A stretch of DNA of 64,000 nt from an uncultured Dehalococcoidales bacterium (GTDB taxonomy: Bacteria; Chloroflexota; Dehalococcoidia; GIF9; UBA5629), in assembly GCA_964519615.1 (NCBI GenBank), contig CAZFIM010000004.1, positions 10,086-74,085 on the forward strand, in the 5' to 3' direction. A program made the position numbers and the translations under genes. Below the pieces are notes generated by a model that did not search any database, was not told the origin of the DNA, and saw only the letters and a list, made by a program, of their open reading frames with translations. Below, in pieces: positions 47,238 through 58,672 of this stretch (within the stretch, counting starts at the first letter, position 1; every line of letters starts with the position of its first letter).

Positions 47238-49229
47238 TCACGGGATAAGAGCTTTCATCTGCCCTGCGATATCCTCCAGCCCCGAGGCGCAAAGCTTCTT
47301 TTCAGCCGGAATGCCGGTTTTCAGGTCACAGCCCAACAGCCGGTAATACTCATCCAGCACCATATCGTAGTTTTCCATACTCAGCGGTTGATTTTTATAA
47401 TCGAAACAGGGATTCTCTTCACCGTGCTTTAACTGCCACCGGAGGAAAAAGGGATAGTCGTCAATTCTCCTTATACCTTCCCTGGCATTATAGGCACGCT
47501 CAAGAAGTACTTTCCTTTCCGCCGCCGCAACCAGTGCGTCCGTGGTGTATGCCTCTCCCAGCACAAGTGTAAGAAGGTCGCTTAAATCTTTTAAGGCAAT
47601 ACCTTCAACGCAGAAAGACTGCTCCGTGGCGAATTTGCATATCCCCGTCATATCGCCTAACGAGCCGAGGATCTCCATATCATAGACGACCCTGGCCTTC
47701 TCCGGACTGGCGGCCCAGGCGCTGGTAAGAAGTCCTGAATTTCCGTATTTTTTCTCTCCGAGTCCTGACAGGAGTTCCTTATCTATACCCCATTCGGTAC
47801 GGTTATCGGCGCAATACATATAAGGAGAATTGCCCACGTCGAAACCGCGTGTACCCGTGTTCATGGCCACCGTATAATCTATAGTGGTTGCCAGGCCCGA
47901 ACCGAGATTGTAGGTATATAACCCCTTGTTATGAGCCGCATACTGCTCCGCCCCCTTCCCGAATGCCCGCAGCGATTTCAGAGGATACCCGTCAAGAAGC
48001 CTGCCTATCCCCTGCCGGTACGCTATCTTCTGTGTAAGCTCCAGTATGGCATGCTCGTTACCGCGTGTTACCTCGATATTATCGGTATCCTTTTTGCTGA
48101 CAATTCCGGCTTCATATAGCTTCATAAGCCAGACAATAGCGGCCGCCGGAGCATCCAGGTTCAGGCCCAAACGGCTGCACAGGTTGTAATAGTGAAAGAG
48201 AAACTCCGCGCTGTCTGTCCCCAGTCCCAGCGCAAACATCTGCAGCGTGGCCTCGATACCTTCCCCTCTGGTCCCTTTATATTTTCCCTGTGTGACATTG
48301 AAATAATGGCCGCAGTGGAGAGGACAGGCAAAACAGGAAAGGTTCTTTTCAAAATACGGCTCCAGCGCGTCCTCTTCAACATTGCGCATCCGCTTTCCGC
48401 CGGTTACTATCTTCGCGGTCGTGGAACGGCTGTACATGCCGCCCACCCACGAAAGCGCGCCGTATTTTCTGTGGGTTTCATAAAGGGGATCGCCCTTGAA
48501 CCGCTCGCATAGAGTCCTGCACAAGTTAAAAAATTCTCCAGGTCTCTCCACAGTAACGGCACTGCTCCCCCTAACGGCTATCCCCTTGAGATTCTTGGAA
48601 CCCCACACAGCACCCATACCCGTTTTGGCAGCGGCCCTGCTCAGGCCGCCTATGATACATGAAGCCAGGCTGAGATTCTCACCGGCCGGGCCGATAAGCA
48701 TGGTAGCGATATCACCGGCATCACGCCTCCCGGTAAAGCTGCCCTGATGCCCGCTGCATATCATGCTGCGGGCAGTCCATACCGTTTGTCCCCATAGGCG
48801 AGCGGCGTTTTTTATCTCGACCTTATCATCATCGATCCACAGGTATACCGGCTTTTCAGCTTTCCCGCGGATAACTATCAGGTCGTACCCGGCATATCTC
48901 ATCACCGGGCCGAAGCTGCCGCCCATATTGCTGCGGCCGTATATGCCGGTTAAAGGTGATTTGGTGATCAGTTCACAGCGGCCTGATGACGGCGCAAGCG
49001 TGCCGTTGAGAAGCCCTGCCGCAATAATTACCGGATTCTCAGGGCTAAGCGCATCCACCTCAGGACCGGCTTCATCATAAAGGATACGGGTACCGATCCC
49101 CACGGCCCCCAGATAGTCAAGCATCCGGCCTTCATCTATGCAGGAGGTCTCCTTTTTGCCGGTGGAAAGGTCTACGGCAAGCAGCTTTCCTGTTCCGCAA
49201 TTCAGCTTTAGCGTTTTATCTTTCATCAA
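47238..49229 (-). CDS. aor: aldehyde:ferredoxin oxidoreductase family (tungsten/Mo bis-pterin)
   Basis: KSPLTG, SNMGG.FG, IGPAGENL, RAAAKTGMGAVWGSKNLKGI, CFACPLHC, DMTGICKF, YY...G.D..TG.P. Confidence 0.9.
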   Translation of the reverse strand: MMKDKTLKLNCGTGKLLAVDLSTGKKETSCIDEGRMLDYLGAVGIGTRILYDEAGPEVDALSPENPVIIAAGLLNGTLAPSSGRCELITKSPLTGIYGRSNMGGSFGPVMRYAGYDLIVIRGKAEKPVYLWIDDDKVEIKNAARLWGQTVWTARSMICSGHQGSFTGRRDAGDIATMLIGPAGENLSLASCIIGGLSRAAAKTGMGAVWGSKNLKGIAVRGSSAVTVERPGEFFNLCRTLCERFKGDPLYETHRKYGALSWVGGMYSRSTTAKIVTGGKRMRNVEEDALEPYFEKNLSCFACPLHCGHYFNVTQGKYKGTRGEGIEATLQMFALGLGTDSAEFLFHYYNLCSRLGLNLDAPAAAIVWLMKLYEAGIVSKKDTDNIEVTRGNEHAILELTQKIAYRQGIGRLLDGYPLKSLRAFGKGAEQYAAHNKGLYTYNLGSGLATTIDYTVAMNTGTRGFDVGNSPYMYCADNRTEWGIDKELLSGLGEKKYGNSGLLTSAWAASPEKARVVYDMEILGSLGDMTGICKFATEQSFCVEGIALKDLSDLLTLVLGEAYTTDALVAAAERKVLLERAYNAREGIRRIDDYPFFLRWQLKHGEENPCFDYKNQPLSMENYDMVLDEYYRLLGCDLKTGIPAEKKLCASGLEDIAGQMKALIP

Positions 49230-49255
49230 TCGAGAACTTCACTGTTAAAAACAAA

Positions 49256-49759
49256 TCAGCAACAGCGGCCGCTCTCCCGGTGACTTTTTACCACCGTAAG
49301 CATTTCCGCAAGCTCCTTTTCCAGGCGTAATCTTCTTTCCTCATCGCAGACACTATCGTCACTATATGTGAGCGCGCCGCTCGAACAGACCTGTACACAT
49401 TTGGGCTCGCCTCCACAAAGGTGGCATACAACCGTTTCTTCCAGTACAGGATCAAAAGAGGGCCCCGCATAAGGGCATACATCACGGCAGGTCCGGCAGT
49501 TGGTACAGAGCTCTATATCTATCTCCACCAGTCCGTTTTCATTCTTCTTTATCGCGCCTGCCGGACAAGCAGCTGCACAGACAGGTTCGTCGCAGTTCCG
49601 GCATATCATCGGCACATACAGACCGTCCTCCTCCAGAGAAACTATACCTATCCGTGCCCGCAGCGGATTAAAGGTACCGGTGATGGTGAGCGAGCATGCC
49701 AGAACACACATCCGGCATCCGCTGCATTTCGCGTGTTCGACGGTTATACGTGCTGACAT
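49256..49759 (-). CDS. multi-[4Fe-4S] ferredoxin subunit of AOR (CooF/DmsB-like)
   Basis: CSGCRMCVLAC, CRNCDEPVCAAACP, CTNCRTCRDVCP, CHLC.GEPKCVQVC. Confidence 0.9.
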   Translation of the reverse strand: MSARITVEHAKCSGCRMCVLACSLTITGTFNPLRARIGIVSLEEDGLYVPMICRNCDEPVCAAACPAGAIKKNENGLVEIDIELCTNCRTCRDVCPYAGPSFDPVLEETVVCHLCGGEPKCVQVCSSGALTYSDDSVCDEERRLRLEKELAEMLTVVKSHRESGRCC

Positions 49760-49836
49760 GAGTAATTCTTTCCTTCAGTCCGGTCAGGAAGGCCGCTTCA
49801 TTTCTTTTCCAAGTACGTGTTTCCGGCTTGCATAAA

Positions 49837-49885
49837 ATATTACCTTATCGTGGTATATAAGTCAATTTTATTATTGTAATAAAAT
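49837..49885 (-). promoter_or_regulatory. promoter plus palindromic operator of the ferredoxin-aor-dctPQM operon
   Basis: TTGACT (49860-49865), 17 bp, TAATAT (49837-49842); ATTTTATTA-TTG-TAATAAAAT palindrome at 49865-49885. Confidence 0.7.
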
Positions 49886-50162
49886 ATTCTTATTATTTAG
49901 CCGGTAATGCGGCGGCATGATAGCTGCAATAAAGGTAAAAAACGAACGGCGGCAGAAGCGGTTTTTGACGCTTTTTAAGACGTGATGCTATCATAGCTTT
50001 ATCGGACTGGAATATATGATTCAATACAGGCTCCTGCCTGAAACTGTCTCTTTTACAGGTACATATGGCGCAACGGCGGCGCCCGTTCATCATCAGGCGT
50101 CGCTCCACCAACGGCAAAGAGCGGTTTCACCCCCGCCCTATCCGCTTAAATAAAGGTATCAG

Positions 50163-50375
50163 GTGAATAAAAAGAACGTTAGAAAATTATCCCGGTTTTC
50201 GCTGACGGTTGCGGCAGTCATAGTCCCACTGGTGTTATTGCTCGCAGGCTGCGGGACGGCTACAGATGACGCCGGAGCGGCGGACTACATCCCGCTTGAA
50301 CGCGGCGATTGGCAGGTATCGACACCCCGTGAACAGGGGGAGGCAGGACCTCAGCTAAAGCAGAGGAGCGACTGA
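50163..50375 (+). pseudogene. 5' remnant of a lipoprotein (resembles N-termini of beta-lactamase-like serine hydrolases)
   Basis: Signal peptide + LAGC lipobox, then DYIPLERGDWQVSTPREQG, then an unrelated 11-aa tail and a stop. Confidence 0.55.
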
Positions 50376-50398
50376 AAGCAGGTAGTCACAATACCGTA

Positions 50399-50764
50399 CT
50401 AGCGGTATTCTACCTCTTCCACAGCAATTTTTACCACGTTCTTTAACTTCATCTTCATGCCTGCCGCCTCTTCCGCCATCTTGTCGAAAAGCTCACCCGA
50501 GCTTATAATCTCGGCTTTTCCCCACACACGGCAAACCTTGCGGGAAGCAGCATCAAGGCATATTACTGCAACCTGCGGATTCTCTTTTATATTGGCGATT
50601 GTACGGGGGGAATCGATATCGGCAAAGACAAGATGTTCATCGTCCAGCACTCTTAATGAGCCTTTAGCAGATACATTCGGTTTGCCGCTACCGGCGGCTG
50701 TAGCTACCAATGCCGGGTGGATTTCTCCGATAGTTTTCTTTACATCAGCGCTAAGTTTTGCCAC
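50399..50764 (-). CDS. pyridoxamine 5'-phosphate oxidase-family FMN-binding protein
   Basis: VATAAGSGKPNVSAKGS, LVFAD, RTIANIKENPQVA. GTG start at 50764 after GGAGG. Confidence 0.85.
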   Translation of the reverse strand: MAKLSADVKKTIGEIHPALVATAAGSGKPNVSAKGSLRVLDDEHLVFADIDSPRTIANIKENPQVAVICLDAASRKVCRVWGKAEIISSGELFDKMAEEAAGMKMKLKNVVKIAVEEVEYR

Positions 50765-50922
50765 GTTGACCTCCTGCCAGCAGCATGAATTCATTCTGTT
50801 ACTACATTGTAAGCTTGCCATTATGGTATTACAAGGTATTCATAAGACAACATTTCTCTCTTTGTATTTCCCGACTAAAAATGGTATCGTGGATTTGTTA
50901 GCAAAAGTCAGATGCTATTCAA

Positions 50923-51456
50923 ATGAGAAAAAACGGATCGAGATCAGCCAATACGTTTTACCGTCTCTTAGCGGCCGTAATAGGGCTCTTGGCTCTGCTT
51001 TCGCCTTCCTCTGTTCTGGCACAGGAGAGCAGGGACGGTCTTATAGTAAGGGATGTTACCGGGGGCTTCAATAATGTGATAGCTCCCGGAGAGAGCAAAA
51101 CGTATTTCATAGAAGCGGCAAATGCGGACAACAGCCCTACCGGCAATATCCGCTTTACCTCCGATGCGCCCGCAGGATGGCTGGTGGAGTTTAATCCTTC
51201 GGGCATAGATACCCTCGCTGCCGGCATCTATCAGACAGTAGAGGTTACTATCAGTGCGCCGCACGATGCACGCAAGGGAAATTACTCCGTCACCGTTATC
51301 GCCGATTCCTCAAGCGGACGCCGGGTAACGGGTATTTACCTCAGGGTGGAGCAGGGGACCGCATTATGGGTATGGGTGGGGGGGCCTGCTGGGAATAATA
51401 CTTATTGTCCTCTTCCTCTTCATCTTCATACGCTGGGGCAGGGACTAGAATGCTAA
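50923..51456 (+). CDS. exported Ig-like (NEW3/NPCBM-associated-like) protein; C-terminal TM anchor is out of frame
   Basis: Signal peptide, P.GW.VEFNP..I..L..G, VTISAP.DA..GNYSVTV. The TM segment (GGLLGIILIVLFLFIFIRWGRD*, stop 51446-51448) is in another frame after G7 at 51378-51384. Confidence 0.75.
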   Translation: MRKNGSRSANTFYRLLAAVIGLLALLSPSSVLAQESRDGLIVRDVTGGFNNVIAPGESKTYFIEAANADNSPTGNIRFTSDAPAGWLVEFNPSGIDTLAAGIYQTVEVTISAPHDARKGNYSVTVIADSSSGRRVTGIYLRVEQGTALWVWVGGPAGNNTYCPLPLHLHTLGQGLEC

Positions 51457-51472
51457 TCTTCAGGGAGCAACT

Positions 51473-51874
51473 ATGATTGAACGGGTTCATGAACATATCG
51501 TCAGTGAGCTGCATACCAACGCGCGGACGGATACCATTTTTGTGCTGACGGCGATCATCCTTAACCTTATTGCACTTGCCGTGAATTCGGGAATGGCCTC
51601 CGGGAACGATGATACTACCACAACCATCGTCATGTTCACCTTTGTGGCACTGATTCTGGTGGTCAACTTCGTGGCGGAGATAGGGTTGATACGCGGCAGG
51701 CAGATGAGAAAGAAGCTGTTGAGCGGGCTGTTGAAAATGTATAAAGACCAGGGAGTGGAAGGCTATTACGATTCCTCGCTCGTCAGCGATTACAGGACCC
51801 GGTACAACCTCTTCATGATGGCAGTGCTGGTAACGGCCGTTATCGCCGTGGTGGTCCCCTTCATTATAAGGTAA
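51473..51874 (+). CDS. hypothetical 3-TM membrane protein
   Basis: GGGAG SD, three hydrophobic segments, 133 aa. Confidence 0.7.
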   Translation: MIERVHEHIVSELHTNARTDTIFVLTAIILNLIALAVNSGMASGNDDTTTTIVMFTFVALILVVNFVAEIGLIRGRQMRKKLLSGLLKMYKDQGVEGYYDSSLVSDYRTRYNLFMMAVLVTAVIAVVVPFIIR

Positions 51875-51947
51875 CAGCAAGCCGCCATTAACTATCAACC
51901 AACCCCTTCATAGGGATACTCTGACCATGTACTATGGAGTGATGGTA

Positions 51948-52002
51948 TTGACTATTCCTGTTTTTTGAGTTAAGCTAACTAATATTAATAACTATTACTA
52001 AT
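51948..52002 (+). promoter_or_regulatory. promoter and candidate PerR-type operator
   Basis: TTGACT (51948-51953), 17 bp, TAAGCT (51971-51976); imperfect 9-1-9 palindrome ATTAATAAC-T-ATTACTAAT at 51984-52002. Confidence 0.65.
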
Positions 52003-52005
52003 AAG

Positions 52006-52402
52006 ATGCGAAGACAGACAAAACAGAGAGAGGCTATCCTGAATTTCTTAAGACAGACGGACTCTCATCCCACAGCTGACCGTATATACAATGAGGTCAG
52101 AAAAACCATGCCGAAAATCAGCAAAGGAACAGTATATCGCAATCTACAGGTGCTGCAGGAGGAAGGACATATTTCGGAGGTAAAACTGTACGATGCCGCA
52201 GGTAGATACGAGATCAAGAAAAAAGCACATTACCATTTCAGATGCTGCCAGTGCGGGCAGGTAAACGATATCGATATACCGGTCATGGAGGAGCTGGACC
52301 GGCAGGCGACAAAGGAAACGGGGCTTGCGATTTCAGGTCATCAGCTTGAGTTTCGCGGACTCTGTAAAGAGTGTGAGAATAACAGCATTAAGGAGGAAGG
52401 AC

Positions 52403-52413
<11 letters not shown>
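52006..52413 (+). CDS. Fur-family regulator, probably PerR-like
   Basis: TKQREAIL, HPTADRIY, ISKGTVYRNL, HYHFRCCQCG, GLCKEC. Heads a peroxide-defence operon. Confidence 0.88.
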
Positions 52414-54741
<2,328 letters not shown>

Positions 54742-54769
54742 TCTTGATAGAGACTTTCAGCGATAGATA

Positions 54770-54799
54770 AGTGCGGCGTTTCCAAGGAAACGCCGCACT
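54770..54799. terminator. perfect hairpin between convergent genes
   Basis: AGTGCGGCGTTTC-CAAG-GAAACGCCGCACT. Confidence 0.75.
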
Positions 54800-54804
54800 G
54801 TTGC

Positions 54805-55584
54805 CTACAGGTTCATGCCCAGCATTTTTCCGATAGTAATATAGTTGGATTGGTTGCCGGGGTTTTTCCCGTACCCCTTGGGCATACGAGAGCCGCCTTT
54901 TTCCACATGCTTGAGCCCGTCCATCAGGTCTTCTAGCCTTGCCTCAGGAATAGAGAAAATCAATTCATCGGGGCCGGCCATGGCATAGAAATAACGGTCG
55001 CCGCGGCAAGGCAAAGCGATATGGCACTGACCGCTTTGTATGACGCTTACCACGCCGTATACGCAGGCGGCATGGCTGGACATGCTGCATTTGAGATTGC
55101 GTCCGTCTTTATATTCTCTTCCCAATAACAAAAGGCTCAATTGCTCCGAATTGCAATAGACCATAACGACGTCAGGCTTAAAGGGAGTACTGGCTAGAGG
55201 CGCGGACATCACGCCCGCATTACCATACTTGAGCTTGGGAAACTCCTCGGCATAATTGGCTCCTGCTTCAAGAGTCATGACATCGATCGGGTAGCGATTG
55301 TGCCCCTGCACAAAAAGCTCAGGCGGTTCCTCAATGCCGTATCCGACAACGGGCTCAAAACACAGCATATCCTCTTTCAGTATCGCCAAAGCATTACCCT
55401 CGCGGCGTGAGTTGGCAAAACCGGCACATAGCGCCATTTGCTCTCCCAGATCCTTAACCGGTCTCTTTACTCCTTCAGGAATCTTTTCTCCTTTTTTCAG
55501 CACCTTAATTGCCAGAGGGAAAGTCAGTGTCCGTATTCTTCGTTCAAGTTCCTTGCCGTACTCGTGATAATAGCTCAGATCCAT
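54805..55584 (-). CDS. DUF169 family protein
   Basis: FPLAIK, LCAGFANSR, CFEPVVGYG, PDVVMVYCNSEQ, ACVYGV, PCRGDR. GGAGGTGA SD favours ATG 55584. Confidence 0.82.
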   Translation of the reverse strand: MDLSYYHEYGKELERRIRTLTFPLAIKVLKKGEKIPEGVKRPVKDLGEQMALCAGFANSRREGNALAILKEDMLCFEPVVGYGIEEPPELFVQGHNRYPIDVMTLEAGANYAEEFPKLKYGNAGVMSAPLASTPFKPDVVMVYCNSEQLSLLLLGREYKDGRNLKCSMSSHAACVYGVVSVIQSGQCHIALPCRGDRYFYAMAGPDELIFSIPEARLEDLMDGLKHVEKGGSRMPKGYGKNPGNQSNYITIGKMLGMNL

Positions 55585-55714
55585 GTGGGTATTCACCTCC
55601 TCTTTCATCATATCATAATATGCATGTTTTCCGTGTTCCCATGGTATACAACTGTCCGAATAAGTGAAGTCACTTCTGGGAAAAAATGTCTGAAGACAAC
55701 ACTCGAGATTGTAT

Positions 55715-56230
55715 CTATTTCCGCCATTTCCCGAAGGAGATGCGGTACAGGAAATAGTCCCAGCTATTACCTGCCAGGTTGCCCAAACGTATCATGCACA
55801 GAATCAGTTCGATAGCCTCTGCTTTTTGGACGCCGTATGTCTGTATAAGCTTATCTACAGCCTCCGGGTCAGGATGAGCGTTCGTTTCAGCCCAGTGCTG
55901 CGCATAGAGCACGGCCGTCATTTCATCCTCCGGACAATTATCAACCATCCCCGCCAGAAGCTGCTCTACCTCCTCCGCGGCGATCCCGCTTTTCAGGGCC
56001 TGTGAGGCATGAAAATAGGAACAGTAGCGGCAGCCGTTCACGGCGGTGACGGCCAGCATAAGCCTCTCCCGGAAGGCAGCGGATATCAGCTCGCCGGCCT
56101 TCATTTGCTTAAGCTGCTTCCTCTTGCGGAAGGGGAAAGCCAGATCCGCAGCGAATTCTCTGATGCTGCCATATCTTCTTTTACGAAAATCCGTTTCGCG
56201 CGACTTCTGACCCATAAGCTGCACCGGCAT
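55715..56230 (-). CDS. carboxymuconolactone decarboxylase / AhpD-like protein
   Basis: RERLMLAVTAVNGCRYCSYFH, A.LYAQHWAE. Confidence 0.85.
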   Translation of the reverse strand: MPVQLMGQKSRETDFRKRRYGSIREFAADLAFPFRKRKQLKQMKAGELISAAFRERLMLAVTAVNGCRYCSYFHASQALKSGIAAEEVEQLLAGMVDNCPEDEMTAVLYAQHWAETNAHPDPEAVDKLIQTYGVQKAEAIELILCMIRLGNLAGNSWDYFLYRISFGKWRK

Positions 56231-56345
56231 GTCTGTTTAGCTTTAGTATACCATGAGAAACGCAGACTACATGCTGCCTTAATTCAAACCAGCATGGCGG
56301 GCGGCAGGGAATACAGATCGGGTTTCCATATCTTCCTGAACGACT

Positions 56346-58283
56346 TTATTCTCCGTCAGGTCCTCCTTCTTCAACAGGCAATTCCACAATGAAGGTTGCC
56401 CCTTTACCCGGTTTGCTCTCGGCATATATGCGGCCTCCGTGCTCGGTTACAATGCCGTGACAGATGCTCAATCCCAACCCCGTTCCTCTGCCCGGTTCTT
56501 TGGTAGTGAAGAAGGGATCGAAGATGCGCGTCAGATTCTCTGTTGCTATTCCCGGCCCGTTGTCTGCTATCAATATCAGGATGCGCTCATCTTTCTTTGT
56601 GGTAGCAATGGTCATCTCTCTTTTTATATCTGACTCGCTCAACGCATGCTCAGCATTGGTAATAATGTTAAGAAAGACCTGTTGAAGCTGAAAATAGTCT
56701 GCATTGGTCAGAGGAAGATCATCGGCAAATCTTGTTGCGACAGTGATATGATGCAGCCTCTGTTCATAAGTACGCAGTTCAAGCACTTTGCGGATTATCT
56801 CATTGATACACACCATCTGCTTATGCGGCGGGTGCTTTCTGGCAAAAGTGAGTAGGTTTTTCGTTACCTGTGCCGCTCTCTGCGCTTCATCGTATATTAT
56901 GGCGAGATATTCTTTTGCCTCATCGGGCAAATTCTCCTTAATCAGCATCTGGGCAAATCCTATGATGCTTGTTAAAGGATTATTGACCTCGTGCGCAATA
57001 CCTGATGCCAGTTCCCCTACGGAAACCAGCCGGTCCGTAATGACAAGCATATCCTCTATCTTTCTCTTCGCGGTGATATCTTTAGCAAAGACTGATATTC
57101 CGTTTTGAGAAGGATAGGAAGTGACTTCGAATATATACTCTTTTTCATTCAACCGGTAGTTGCTCACAAAAGAGTGAGGTTTGCCGCTCCTGGCTATCTC
57201 GTGATACCCTTTTTCCGCGGATTCCTTCTCCATGTCGCGCGGAAAGAGCTCATAGATATGTCTGCCGACAGCATCTTGCACCTTTATGCCCGTGAAATTC
57301 TCGGATGCCCGATTCCAGTAGGTACACCTTAGCTCGGTGTCCATCGCAAAAAATATATCGGCAATGCTGTCAGCCAGTTCCCTGTAGTTGCTCTCGCTCT
57401 TTATTAGAGCTTCTTCCGCCATCTTGCGGTCGGTGATATCGCGAGCGGCGGCGTACATGGTATCCCCATACAAGACAGCGCTCCATTCGATACAGCGGTA
57501 TGCGCCATCCTCACAGCGGAAACGATTGACGAAATTCAGCACTTTTTCCCTTGCGCCGAGCCGAGCCATAGTGCGCTCCGTAGACTTCAGATCGTCAGGA
57601 TGAGTAAATTCAAGCAGGCTTTTACCCTGCAGTGCTTCCAGCGGATAACCCGATGTCCTTTCCCACTGTTTGTTCAGACGCCGGAATCGGCCGTCCGTAT
57701 CGGCGATGCAAAAAAGGTCCAGCGCATCGTTGAAGTAGCGGTCAAGCTCTTCAGTCTTCTCCCGCAGCTCCTGCGCAATCCGCTCACGCGAGACAATCTC
57801 CTGCTCCAGGTCCAACACCTTCTTTTCCAGCTTGCGGAACAGTACCTCATTGTAATGCCGGAGCACCTCGGCCTCGTCTCCGAGCGGTTTCCGCAAACTC
57901 CGCTTTTCCTCAGGCGTTTTATTCAGCACCTCCCGTATGATATGCCCCAGCGCTTCCGGCTCCTGCGGCTTCAGGACAAACCGGTCCGCTCCCAGACTCA
58001 GGGCAAACTGCTCATCTCTGGTATCTGTATACGTAGCCGTATAGAAAATAAAGGGGATTCCCTGCAGCACCTTATTTGCCTTGAAACGTCTGCACAACTC
58101 AAAACCGTCCATCTTAGGCATAAGTATATCCGTAATTATCATATCAGGCGGATTGTCAAGCGCCAGTGCCAACGCCTTCTCTCCGTTACTTGCTGAAGTC
58201 ACTTCATAGCCATAGCCTTTCAGCATTGTCTCCAGAAAATAGAGGTTCTGGGCGTTGTCATCGGCAATTAAGATTCTGTTCAC
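56346..58283 (-). CDS. hybrid sensor: receiver-PAS-PAS-HisKA-HATPase
   Basis: ILIADD/TDILMP/KP receiver, two PAS (HPDD), [11 protein letters not shown]-box, [19 protein letters not shown]. Confidence 0.92.
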   Translation of the reverse strand: MNRILIADDNAQNLYFLETMLKGYGYEVTSASNGEKALALALDNPPDMIITDILMPKMDGFELCRRFKANKVLQGIPFIFYTATYTDTRDEQFALSLGADRFVLKPQEPEALGHIIREVLNKTPEEKRSLRKPLGDEAEVLRHYNEVLFRKLEKKVLDLEQEIVSRERIAQELREKTEELDRYFNDALDLFCIADTDGRFRRLNKQWERTSGYPLEALQGKSLLEFTHPDDLKSTERTMARLGAREKVLNFVNRFRCEDGAYRCIEWSAVLYGDTMYAAARDITDRKMAEEALIKSESNYRELADSIADIFFAMDTELRCTYWNRASENFTGIKVQDAVGRHIYELFPRDMEKESAEKGYHEIARSGKPHSFVSNYRLNEKEYIFEVTSYPSQNGISVFAKDITAKRKIEDMLVITDRLVSVGELASGIAHEVNNPLTSIIGFAQMLIKENLPDEAKEYLAIIYDEAQRAAQVTKNLLTFARKHPPHKQMVCINEIIRKVLELRTYEQRLHHITVATRFADDLPLTNADYFQLQQVFLNIITNAEHALSESDIKREMTIATTKKDERILILIADNGPGIATENLTRIFDPFFTTKEPGRGTGLGLSICHGIVTEHGGRIYAESKPGKGATFIVELPVEEGGPDGE

Positions 58284-58672
58284 GGTTCATTCCTCTTTTG
58301 AGTACTTTCGGAGAAATAGCGGTCTATCTGTGAAAGAAAGGTATCCGGATTGATCGGCTTTTCGATGTAGCCGGTGCAGCCTGCCTCTATGGCTTTCTCG
58401 CGGTCGCCGGTCATGGCGTACGATGTCACGGCTACAATTGGCGTACCGGCAAGCCCAAAAATGCCGCGCAGCTTCTGTGCCACCTCATAACCGTTCATAT
58501 ACGGCAGCTGGATATCCAGTAGTATCATATCCGGCCTGTGCTCACCTGCCATCCGTATCCCCTCCTGTCCGTTCTTTGCCCAGAGTACTTCGTAATCTCT
58601 TGTTGTTAAGAGAACGCTAATCAGGTAAAAATTCTGCTCGTTATCCTCGATATAAAGAACTTTACGTTTAAT
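58280..58672 (-). CDS. single-domain response regulator (DivK/CheY-like), apparent ATT start
   Basis: In-frame IKRKVLYIEDNEQN... lies upstream of the ORF-track Met; LLDIQLP, AVTS, IEKP. AGGAGG is 5 nt before ATT at 58672, and an in-frame TGA lies 5 codons upstream. Confidence 0.82.
   Translation of the reverse strand: MKRKVLYIEDNEQNFYLISVLLTTRDYEVLWAKNGQEGIRMAGEHRPDMILLDIQLPYMNGYEVAQKLRGIFGLAGTPIVAVTSYAMTGDREKAIEAGCTGYIEKPINPDTFLSQIDRYFSESTQKRNEP

Noticed and set aside
3994-49229. Selenocysteine or pyrrolysine read-through in the redox enzymes
   Set aside because: All Mo/W/Fe-S ORFs are full length with family-typical C-termini; no in-frame stop needs recoding.
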